Notes under the pieces: model-generated | Told to the model about the DNA's origin: nothing | The model's input: only the letters and a program-made list of their open reading frames with translations | Databases searched by the model: none | Position numbers and translations under genes: made by a program | NCBI GenBank assembly: GCA_021774335.1 | Contig: JAJFJD010000046.1 | Location: 342,109 to 406,108 of the forward strand | DNA length: 64,000 nucleotides | Reading direction: 5' to 3' | Source: Alphaproteobacteria bacterium | GTDB taxonomy: Bacteria > Pseudomonadota > Alphaproteobacteria > UBA8366 | Shown: positions 56,392-64,000 of the stretch, piece by piece | Layout of the letters: each line of letters opens with the position of its first letter | How positions within the stretch are numbered: the first letter of the stretch is position 1

Positions 56392-56859
56392 TCAGCCGGT
56401 ATGCCCTGATGCCTCGGGCCGGGCAGCGAGATGCTCGGCCTCGCGTGCCATCAACTTGGCGAGCCGGTCCGGTGCGAATCCCAGCCGTGAGAGACAGGGG
56501 CCGACATTGGCGACCTCGCGGTAGCTGGTGATCAAGCCATCCCGCAGGCCGACGATCGCGACACCCTCGAACATGCCGCGCCGTCCCTCGGCGCCGTCGA
56601 GCTTCGAGTCGTAGCTGAACAAATAGCGCACATACCCGGTATCGCCCTGGCAGACCGGATCGTGCATGTCCCATCGGAAGTTAGTCGCGTCCCGGTGGAA
56701 CCGGTTCTCCAGCATATCGGCAATCTCGGTGCGGCCGGTAAAAGTACCGTAGAAAACGTCATGATACTGGCCATCCTCGGCGAACAGGGCGGCGAATGGG
56801 CGGCCATCGCCGGCAACCGCCGTGGCGGCAAAACGCTGCATCAGGTCGTCGAAATTCAT
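56392..56859 (-). CDS. NTF2-like / SnoaL-like protein
   Basis: The ATG at 56859 follows a GGAGG SD (MNFDDLMQRFAATAV...). It is the last gene of the cinA operon. Confidence 0.65.
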   Translation of the reverse strand: MNFDDLMQRFAATAVAGDGRPFAALFAEDGQYHDVFYGTFTGRTEIADMLENRFHRDATNFRWDMHDPVCQGDTGYVRYLFSYDSKLDGAEGRRGMFEGVAIVGLRDGLITSYREVANVGPCLSRLGFAPDRLAKLMAREAEHLAARPEASGHTG

Positions 56860-56872
56860 TCCGGTTCCTCCC

Positions 56873-57079
56873 CTAACAATCCTCTTCCAGGCAACGCCGG
56901 CAGCGCAGGCGTTCGCCGACATGGCGCGCGCGGCCATCTTCGGTCAGCACCCAGGGCCGGTTCGTCCACGGTGGATTGTGGCGCAAATGCTGGCGGTGGC
57001 CGCAGTCCAGCAGCGCCACCCAGTGCCCCTTGTCGTCGCGGTCGTAGCCGGTGATACGGCGCGCCGGGCCATCCGGCAC
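56873..57079 (-). CDS. DUF3565-like small Cys/His-rich protein
   Basis: GHWVALLDCGHRQHLRHNPPWTNRPWV...RLRCRRC matches my recollection of DUF3565. The GTG at 57079, 3 nt after the cinA stop, is preferred. The track ORF start at 57142 would overlap cinA. Confidence 0.65.
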   Translation of the reverse strand: MPDGPARRITGYDRDDKGHWVALLDCGHRQHLRHNPPWTNRPWVLTEDGRARHVGERLRCRRCLEEDC

Positions 57080-57081
57080 GG

Positions 57082-57576
57082 TCAGTCGGCCGCGGCGACG
57101 GTTTCCTGCAACAGGTCGAGGGCCGCGCGCGCGAACGCCCACATGTTGCCCTCCCGGTCGTCGGACCCGGTGGAAAGCGTGATCACACGCTCGGTCGGCC
57201 CGGCGATGGCGATGCAGCTATGACCGGCCGGATCGCCATACCGATTGCCCGTAGGGCCGGTCGCGCCCGTCTCGCCGATGGCCCAGTCGGTGCCCATGCG
57301 GGCGCGCATCGACTTGGCCAGGATTTTGGCATGGGTTTCGGTCGCCGCGCGTTCGGTTTCGATATCCGCATCGGTAAGGCCCGCCAACGTCTGCTTGGCC
57401 TCCCGCGTGTAAACGACGGCGCCACCCCGGAAATACGCCGACGCCCCCGGCACCGCCAGCAGGGCAGCCGAAATAATACCACCGGTGGATGATTCGGCGA
57501 CCGCTACGGTGGCACCCTGTTCTTTCAACAAAGCGCCGACCTGTTCTGCTAAATCGGTGAGAGTCGTCATGGCCAC
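57082..57576 (-). CDS. CinA-family protein (PncC-type nicotinamide-nucleotide amidase domain)
   Basis: It has the AVAESSTGGIISAALLAVPGASAYFRGGAVVY block. Confidence 0.88.
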   Translation of the reverse strand: MAMTTLTDLAEQVGALLKEQGATVAVAESSTGGIISAALLAVPGASAYFRGGAVVYTREAKQTLAGLTDADIETERAATETHAKILAKSMRARMGTDWAIGETGATGPTGNRYGDPAGHSCIAIAGPTERVITLSTGSDDREGNMWAFARAALDLLQETVAAAD

Positions 57577-57654
57577 ACTCCTTCGGAATTCGCGTCAGCC
57601 CACCATACAATCACGAATTCAGCGGTGGCGTCGATGGATCCACACGCGGCGCGC

Positions 57655-58293
57655 TTAACCAACCGCCTCGAAATGCTGTTGCACAGGGTCGTATATGTGC
57701 AGGCCGCAGGAACGGATATCGATATACCAGCCGTGCAGCCGCAACCGGCCGTCGCTGACCCGGTCGCGAATCGGCGGAAACGTCATCAGGTTTTCGAGCG
57801 AGACCAGCACCGCGCTTTGTTCGCAGACGCGAGCTTTCTCCTCGATGGATGCATCGGGCATGGTCCCTTGGACCCGCAGGTAGGCGGATCGCACCAGGCT
57901 CATCCAGGGCACCACAAACTGGCTGTCATCGGCTCCATCTTCGCGCTCTTCGAACATCGACCGGATGCCGCCGCAATGCGCATGGCCGAGCACGATGAGG
58001 TGATCGACCTCCAGGTTCTGGACGGCGAATTCGAGCGCCGCGCTCGTGCCATGGAATTCGCCGCCTTCTTCGTAGGGCGGCACCAGATTGGCCACGTTGC
58101 GCACGATGAATAGGTCACCGGGATCGGTCTGCAGGACGACCGTCGGATCGACCCGCGAGTCCGAGCAGGCGATGAGTGCGACCTTGGGCCGCTGGCCTTC
58201 GTCCACAAGCGTCTCATAGGTGCCACGCTGCTCTTCGAAGCGCCCGCCGCGGAACTGCTTGAACCCGGCGGTGAGTTTGGCAATGGGATCCAT
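57655..58293 (-). CDS. Beta-class carbonic anhydrase
   Basis: It starts at ATG 58293. The zinc-ligand motifs are CSDSRV and HAHCGG. Confidence 0.9.
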   Translation of the reverse strand: MDPIAKLTAGFKQFRGGRFEEQRGTYETLVDEGQRPKVALIACSDSRVDPTVVLQTDPGDLFIVRNVANLVPPYEEGGEFHGTSAALEFAVQNLEVDHLIVLGHAHCGGIRSMFEEREDGADDSQFVVPWMSLVRSAYLRVQGTMPDASIEEKARVCEQSAVLVSLENLMTFPPIRDRVSDGRLRLHGWYIDIRSCGLHIYDPVQQHFEAVG

Positions 58294-58428
58294 GATGTCA
58301 GTAACCCTCAAAAATAAGATACCGTGCGGGGATCGTACCCAAATAAGCGGACAAGACAACGGTCACCTTCTGCGGCAGACCGCCGCGTTGCCCAGTTGGG
58401 CGTTTTGCCGAAACATCGGCGTGCTACG

Positions 58429-60219
58429 ATGCCCACCGCCATCCGCGCGATTCAATGGAAGGATCCCGTGCATATCGAGACGTTAAATCTACGCGAGGTG
58501 ATCGTCTTTCTCGTCGCGGCGGGCGTTGTCGTGCCGTTGATCCGACGGCTCGGGATCAGTCCCGTCCTCGGATTCCTGGTCGTGGGGCTGATCATCGGCC
58601 CCTTCGGCTTGGCGCGGTTCACCGACACGCTGCCGTGGCTCAGCTACGCGGTAATCGGCGACCTGGACGGGGTGCGCGCCCTGGCGGAACTCGGCGTGGT
58701 CTTCCTTCTGTTCATGATCGGCCTGGAGCTATCGATCGACCGGCTGTGGGCGATGCGCCGCCTTGTGTTCGGATTGGGCGGTGCGCAGGTCATGGTGACC
58801 GGTGCTGTGATCACCGGCATCGCATTGCTGTTCGACAATACGCTGCCGGTCGCGGTCGTGCTCGGCGCAGGATTCGCGTTGTCCTCCACGGCAATCGTGA
58901 TGCAGGTTCTGGCTGAGAACGGACGACTCGGCACCACCTCCGGACGAACCAGCTTCGCCATCCTGCTGTTTCAGGACCTGGCGGTGCTGCCGATCCTCTT
59001 CCTGGTGGGCGCCTTCGCGGCCCAAGCCGGCGAGTCGGTATGGCTCGCCTTCGGATCCGCGATCGGCCAGGCGCTGCTCGCCGTTGCCGTGATCCTCATA
59101 TTGGGCCGTCTGGTAATCCGGCCGTTGTTTCGATTCATCGGTGCCGCCGCGAGCCACGAAATGTTCCTCGCGCTGGTCCTTTTGGTGATCGTCGGCACCG
59201 CACTGGTCACGGAGAAGGCCGGATTATCGATGGCCCTCGGCGCATTCTTGGCCGGATTGCTGTTGGCCGAGACGGAATACCGGTACGAGATCGAAGTCGA
59301 TATCGAGCCGTTCAAAGGGCTGTTGCTGGGCTTGTTCTTCGTCTCCGTCGGAATGTCGATCGACCTCGCCAAGACGGCGGCCGAGCCAGGGTGGCTGATC
59401 GCGGCGGTCTTTGGCCTGTTCTTGGTCAAGGGACCGATCATCTACCTCCTGGTGCGACTGTTCGGCGAACCCCGGCATGCCGCGCTCGAATCGGCACTGC
59501 TGCTAGGGCAGGGCGGTGAATTCGCATTCCTGATCATCGGGCTCGCCGTCACGCTCGGCGTGATGCCGGGCGGGACCGCCCAATTCATGCTGATCGTGGC
59601 CGGCATCACGATGGTTGCCACGCCGCTGGTCGCCCATGTCGCGCGGCGGCTCGCCCGCGCGGTGGAAACACGCGATGAAAGCGAAGGCGCGCCGGACGCC
59701 GATCTGCCAACGGACCTGTCGGACCACGTCATCATCGTCGGCTATGGCCGCGTCGGACAGCTGCTTGGGTCGATCCTGGATGGGCAGCGGCTGGTCCACG
59801 TCGCGCTCGATACCGACATGGCGATCGTCGCCCGGTTTCGCGCCGCGGGCGGCAGCATTTTCTACGGCGACGCGAGCCGCTCCGAGATGCTGGAAAAACT
59901 GAACGCCGGCGACGCCGCCGCACTGGTCATTACCATGGACAGCCCGCGCGCGGCGGAACGCGTCGTCGCGACGGCGCATAAGCATTGGCCGGGTCTTGCG
60001 ATTTATGCGCGCGCGCATGACGTCGACCATGCGGCCCGCCTGATCGAGCAAGGGGCAACGCATGCAGTACCGGAGGCGACCGAAGCGAGCCTGCAACTCA
60101 GCGAGCAGGTCTTGATGGGTGCGGGCATTCCCGAACCCGCCGCCCGGCAAATGATCGAATCCCGCCGCCAAGTCGAACAGGTCGCGATCGACGAAGGCGA
60201 ACAGCCGGGAACGGACTAA
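58429..60219 (+). CDS. CPA2-family monovalent cation:proton antiporter / K+ efflux system (KefB/KefC-like) with TrkA-N domain
   Basis: It has about 12 TM segments and then the Rossmann motif HVIIVGYGRVGQ. The start at ATG 58429 is uncertain. Confidence 0.88.
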   Translation: MPTAIRAIQWKDPVHIETLNLREVIVFLVAAGVVVPLIRRLGISPVLGFLVVGLIIGPFGLARFTDTLPWLSYAVIGDLDGVRALAELGVVFLLFMIGLELSIDRLWAMRRLVFGLGGAQVMVTGAVITGIALLFDNTLPVAVVLGAGFALSSTAIVMQVLAENGRLGTTSGRTSFAILLFQDLAVLPILFLVGAFAAQAGESVWLAFGSAIGQALLAVAVILILGRLVIRPLFRFIGAAASHEMFLALVLLVIVGTALVTEKAGLSMALGAFLAGLLLAETEYRYEIEVDIEPFKGLLLGLFFVSVGMSIDLAKTAAEPGWLIAAVFGLFLVKGPIIYLLVRLFGEPRHAALESALLLGQGGEFAFLIIGLAVTLGVMPGGTAQFMLIVAGITMVATPLVAHVARRLARAVETRDESEGAPDADLPTDLSDHVIIVGYGRVGQLLGSILDGQRLVHVALDTDMAIVARFRAAGGSIFYGDASRSEMLEKLNAGDAAALVITMDSPRAAERVVATAHKHWPGLAIYARAHDVDHAARLIEQGATHAVPEATEASLQLSEQVLMGAGIPEPAARQMIESRRQVEQVAIDEGEQPGTD

Positions 60220-60281
60220 CGTGACCCAGGGCTATGCGGTTCGCTACTGTAAGCCCCAGCAGAGAAAAGGAGTTACAAGAA

Positions 60282-61301
60282 ATGCGCCTATTGCTGGTGG
60301 ACAAGCGTTTTCCCGATGAGCCCGAAATCGAGCGGGCGGTGATCGACGGTGCCGGCGACTATGAATTCTACCCGGTCGCGGACGACGTGCCGGACGATGC
60401 CTGGAGCAAGGCCGTGGGGATTCAAACCTTCCGGGAAAGCAAGGCGGTCAACGCAATGGCGATGGCCGGCAAACTGAAGAATTGCCGCATCATCGTGCGC
60501 GGCGGCGTCGGGTTCGACAATCTCGATTTGCAGGCGCTCGGCGAGATGGGGATTGCCGTGTGCAACGTGCCGGACTACGGCACGACCGAAGTCGCCGACC
60601 ACGCGATGGCGCTGTTCCTGGCGCTGCGACGGGGCATTACGACCTATAACGACGCATTGCGCAAAGATCCCGCCGCCGGCTGGAAGTATGACGCGGCACC
60701 CTGCGTCGACCGGCTGCGCGGACGGCAATTCGGCATCATCGGCCTCGGCCGGATCGGCACCGCGGCGGCACGGCGCGCACAGGCGTTCGATATGGACGTG
60801 CTGTTCTACGACCCGGAAGTGCCGGACGGCACCGACCTTGCCACCGGCTTTACGCGGGTCGCCTCCGCCGAGGAATTGGTCGAATCGGTCGACGCCGTCA
60901 GCATTCACACGCCGCTGACCGAGGCAACCACCCGCATGGTCAACGCCGACCTGCTCGGTCGCATGCGTCCCGGCGCGGTCCTGGTCAACACGTCGCGCGG
61001 CCCCGTGATCGACCTAGACGCACTGCACGCGGCGCTCAAGGACGGGACGCTCGGTGGTGCCGGGTTGGACGTTTTTCCGGTGGAACCGGCGGACCCATCG
61101 CATCCCCTGATCAGCGCCTACATGAAGCGCGAAGCGTGGATCGACGGACGGCTGGTCCTGAGCCCACATGCCGCGTTCTTCAGCGACGACGGCAATAACG
61201 ACCTGCGCCGAAAATGCGTGGAAACGATGGTCGACTATATCGGGGATGGCCGACTGCGGAACTGTGTCAACCGGGAATGGCTGCGGACCGGGGCGAATTA
61301 G
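60282..61301 (+). CDS. CtBP-like D-2-hydroxyacid dehydrogenase
   Basis: The ATG at 60282 follows an AAGGAG SD. The NAD motif is FGIIGLGRIGTAAARR. Confidence 0.85.
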   Translation: MRLLLVDKRFPDEPEIERAVIDGAGDYEFYPVADDVPDDAWSKAVGIQTFRESKAVNAMAMAGKLKNCRIIVRGGVGFDNLDLQALGEMGIAVCNVPDYGTTEVADHAMALFLALRRGITTYNDALRKDPAAGWKYDAAPCVDRLRGRQFGIIGLGRIGTAAARRAQAFDMDVLFYDPEVPDGTDLATGFTRVASAEELVESVDAVSIHTPLTEATTRMVNADLLGRMRPGAVLVNTSRGPVIDLDALHAALKDGTLGGAGLDVFPVEPADPSHPLISAYMKREAWIDGRLVLSPHAAFFSDDGNNDLRRKCVETMVDYIGDGRLRNCVNREWLRTGAN

Positions 61302-61364
61302 GTCGACACTCGGAAACGCCCTATAATCCGGGCGAGTGCAGTCAACAATTCGAAGAGGCTGAGA

Positions 61365-62216
61365 ATGGTCGAGGCAGTCCCCGTCGACGCGCCAATCGGC
61401 GCGGAAATTCGCGGTGTGGATTTGTCGCAAGATTTGGACGACGCGAGTTTCGCGGCAGTCGAAGCTGCATTCAACGAGTATTCGGTGGTGTGGTTCCGCG
61501 GCCAGACAATCTCGGCCGAACAGCAGGTCGCCTTCAGCGAGCGGTTCGGCGAGATCGAGGTCAACGCCTTCAACAAGTTCGCCCTGCCAGGCAACCCGAA
61601 GGTGCTGATCGTCTCCAACATCAAGGAGAACGGCAAGGACATCGGCTATGCCGACGCGGGTAGCCACTGGCACACGGACATGTCCTACACGGCCACGCCA
61701 CCGCGCATGACCATGCTTTATGCCATCGAGGTGCCGGAAGAAAACGGGAAGCCGCTGGGCGACACTCTGTTCGCCAGCGCCACCGCCGCTTATGACACCT
61801 TACCGGGTGACACGAAGGCCAAACTCGACGGCCTCAAGGCCACGCACCGGTTCGCGGCGAAGGAACGCGGCGTCAAGAAACCGGTCGAACTGACGGCGGA
61901 ACAGATCGCCAAGAATCCCGACGTGATCCATCCGGTCGCGCGCACCCATCCGATCACCGGGCGCAAGGCGCTCTATGTCCGGGCCGGCGAATGTATCGGC
62001 ATCCCGGGCATGCCCGACGACGAGGCGATCCCGCTGATCAAGGAGTTGTCGGACCGGATTATCCAGCCCGAGTTTCTGTACCGCCATCAATGGCAGGTCG
62101 GCGACGTGCTGATGTGGGACAACGCGGCGGTGCAGCATTGGGCGCCGCGCGACTACGAATGGCCGCAGCGCCGCCGCATGCACCGCACAACGGTCAACGG
62201 CTCGGTGCCGTTCTGA
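61365..62216 (+). CDS. TauD/TfdA-family Fe(II)/2-oxoglutarate dioxygenase
   Basis: The HxD facial-triad motif is GSHWHTDMSY, with a C-terminal MWDN..VQH block. Confidence 0.88.
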   Translation: MVEAVPVDAPIGAEIRGVDLSQDLDDASFAAVEAAFNEYSVVWFRGQTISAEQQVAFSERFGEIEVNAFNKFALPGNPKVLIVSNIKENGKDIGYADAGSHWHTDMSYTATPPRMTMLYAIEVPEENGKPLGDTLFASATAAYDTLPGDTKAKLDGLKATHRFAAKERGVKKPVELTAEQIAKNPDVIHPVARTHPITGRKALYVRAGECIGIPGMPDDEAIPLIKELSDRIIQPEFLYRHQWQVGDVLMWDNAAVQHWAPRDYEWPQRRRMHRTTVNGSVPF

Positions 62217-62229
62217 GGCGCCGGCGGCG

Positions 62230-63390
62230 TTAGTCGGCCGCCTCTTCCTTCATACCCAATTCGGCGAGGATTTCGTCGGTATGCTCGCCCAGCATCGGCG
62301 CGGCGCGGCGGATCGATCCCGGCGTGCCCATGAGCTTCACCGGCGTGCCGAGCGTCCGCTGGCGGCCCGCCGCGGTGTGGTCGACCTCGACCACCATGTC
62401 GCGGGCCAGCACGTGCGGGTCGTGGAATACCTCGTCGTGATACATCACCGGCCCGGCGGGAATGTTGGCAGCGTCGAGCGCGTCGAACCATTCCTGATTG
62501 GATTTCGTGATGAAGCGTTCCTGCAACAGCGCGACCAGCGCCTTGTTGTTAGCAACCCGGTCGGCCTTGGTGGAGAAACGCGCGTCTTCCATCAAGTGCT
62601 CACAGTCGAGCACCTTGCAGGCCTTCTCCCAAAGGTTCTGCGCCGCCGCGCCGAGGACAAGCCAGCCGTCCGACGTTTGGAAAACCTGATAGGGCGAACT
62701 GCCGCGATGCTGCTGGCCGAGCCGTTCCGGGCGCTTATCGGTCGCGAAATAATAGGCCGCCTCGTACACGCATTTGGATATCGCGGACTCAAATAAGGAC
62801 ACGTCGACCTGCTGTCCCTTGCCGGTCTGTTCCCGCGCCGCCAGCGCTGTCAACACGCCGATTGCCGCGAACATGCCGCCGCTGGTGTCGGAAATCGGGA
62901 TCGGTAGACGGTGCGGCGGACCATCTTCCTCGCCGCAGATCGACATGAGGCCCGACATCGCCTGCGCCACCAAATCGAAACCGCCGCGCGGGCCGTAGGG
63001 GCCGGTCTGCCCGAAACCCGAGACCGAGCAGTAAACCAGACGCGGGTTCAGCTTGCTCACCGCGTCGTAGCCGAGACCGAGTCGCCCGGCCACGCCGGGC
63101 CGGAAATTCTCAATGAGGATGTCCGCCTCGGCGATCAGCTTGCGGCAGATATCGAGATCGCCCTCTTCTTTCAGATTCAGTTCGATGCTGCGCTTGTTGC
63201 GGTTCCACAGCATGAAGGGCGCGCTTTCGCCGTTTACGAAAGGCGGCGTCTTGCGCAACACGTCGCCTTCGCCCTTGCGTTCGACCTTGATCACGTCGGC
63301 GCCCTGGTCGCCCAGAATCATCGCGCAATACGGGCCGGAAAGGTTCGAAGTCAGGTCAACGACCTTGAGATGGGACAATGCCGCGGGCAT
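62230..63390 (-). CDS. CaiB/BaiF family (class III) CoA-transferase
   Basis: It has N-terminal LKVVDLTSNLSGPYCAMILGDQGADVIKVE and a catalytic Asp region. Confidence 0.9.
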   Translation of the reverse strand: MPAALSHLKVVDLTSNLSGPYCAMILGDQGADVIKVERKGEGDVLRKTPPFVNGESAPFMLWNRNKRSIELNLKEEGDLDICRKLIAEADILIENFRPGVAGRLGLGYDAVSKLNPRLVYCSVSGFGQTGPYGPRGGFDLVAQAMSGLMSICGEEDGPPHRLPIPISDTSGGMFAAIGVLTALAAREQTGKGQQVDVSLFESAISKCVYEAAYYFATDKRPERLGQQHRGSSPYQVFQTSDGWLVLGAAAQNLWEKACKVLDCEHLMEDARFSTKADRVANNKALVALLQERFITKSNQEWFDALDAANIPAGPVMYHDEVFHDPHVLARDMVVEVDHTAAGRQRTLGTPVKLMGTPGSIRRAAPMLGEHTDEILAELGMKEEAAD

Positions 63391-63448
63391 CGCTTCCTCC
63401 TTGCTGCTGTTCTTGTATTCGTTGCCCCCCAGCTTACGCTGATAGGTG

Positions 63449-64000
63449 TTAATCGTCGAAATCGTACAGAACCGCCGCGTTGTCGGCGAGAATCGCGTTC
63501 CGCACCGCCTCGTCCGGCACCCAGTCTAACAGAACATCGAGACAGTCCGCTTCTTCGGGCTTGTCGCTGGCGTCCTTGTGGTGCGGATGCGGCCAATTCG
63601 CGGCCCAAACCAGTCGGTCCGGCCGCACGTCGACCAATGCCCGCACCTTGTCGCCGACATCTGCGTAGTGCGGCGGCCCGTCCGTCGTGGCGAGATAGGG
63701 TGCGGAAATCTTGACCCAGCATTTGCCGCTTTCCATGAAACGCAGCAGCGCCTGGAAGCTGGGATCGTTCACGCCATTCTCCGGCGGTGTGCGGCCCACA
63801 TGATCGATCACCACGTCGACCGGCAGTTTCTCCATCATCGGCATGGCATCGGCGATCCACGCGCCATCGTCCTGCATCTGGATATGCCACCCCAAGGGCG
63901 CGATCCGCTTCGCCATTTCCGGCGCGTCGGCCGACACGAAATCATCAACCAGCAGATAGAAGCGCAAGCCCCGCATGCCCGCATCGTGCAGTCGGCGCAG
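63449..64000 (-). CDS. Amidohydrolase-2 family protein (LigI-type lactonase-like), N-terminus beyond window
   Basis: The frame stays open to the window edge. It has VIDHVGR and WAANWPHPH blocks typical of amidohydrolase_2. Confidence 0.78.
   Translation of the reverse strand: MRRLHDAGMRGLRFYLLVDDFVSADAPEMAKRIAPLGWHIQMQDDGAWIADAMPMMEKLPVDVVIDHVGRTPPENGVNDPSFQALLRFMESGKCWVKISAPYLATTDGPPHYADVGDKVRALVDVRPDRLVWAANWPHPHHKDASDKPEEADCLDVLLDWVPDEAVRNAILADNAAVLYDFDD

Overview
This is a high-GC chromosomal segment, roughly 60-65% GC by eye. Gene content and order look alphaproteobacterial: metX-metW, chorismate mutase-hisC-tyrC, ftsEX, argH-lysA, etfBA-hbd and lepA. A Rhodospirillales-like origin is my inference only. 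I call about 70 densely packed protein-coding genes, many with 1-4 nt start/stop overlaps. I saw no rRNA, tRNA, CRISPR array, transposase, integrase or phage genes, so this reads as core genome rather than an accessory island. Content is mostly housekeeping and metabolism: Met/aromatic/His/Lys/Arg biosynthesis, class II ribonucleotide reductase, cell division ftsEX, ETF/acyl-CoA metabolism, mechanosensitive and K+ channels, and beta-carbonic anhydrase. There is also the already described four-gene ligase-associated DNA damage response cluster (ATP-dependent ligase, MBL exonuclease, Lhr-like DEXH helicase, PdeM phosphoesterase), an ECF sigma/anti-sigma pair next to cytochrome c', and several small or uncharacterised ORFs. 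I did not find a convincing new multi-gene system. The best leads are: (1) two GTTC-N7-GTTC alphaproteobacterial SOS-box patterns, one on the RBS of the exonuclease-ligase operon and one next to the nrdJ promoter; (2) an uncharacterised 146-aa ORF 4 nt after pdeM; (3) a perfect TTGCG-N4-CGCAA FNR/CRP-family palindrome between cytochrome c' and a secreted MBL-fold hydrolase; (4) a promoter-plus-terminator unit that could be a ~75-nt sRNA or leader; (5) several unannotated small ORFs with strong SD sites. All family names come from motif recognition by eye and none were checked against a database.
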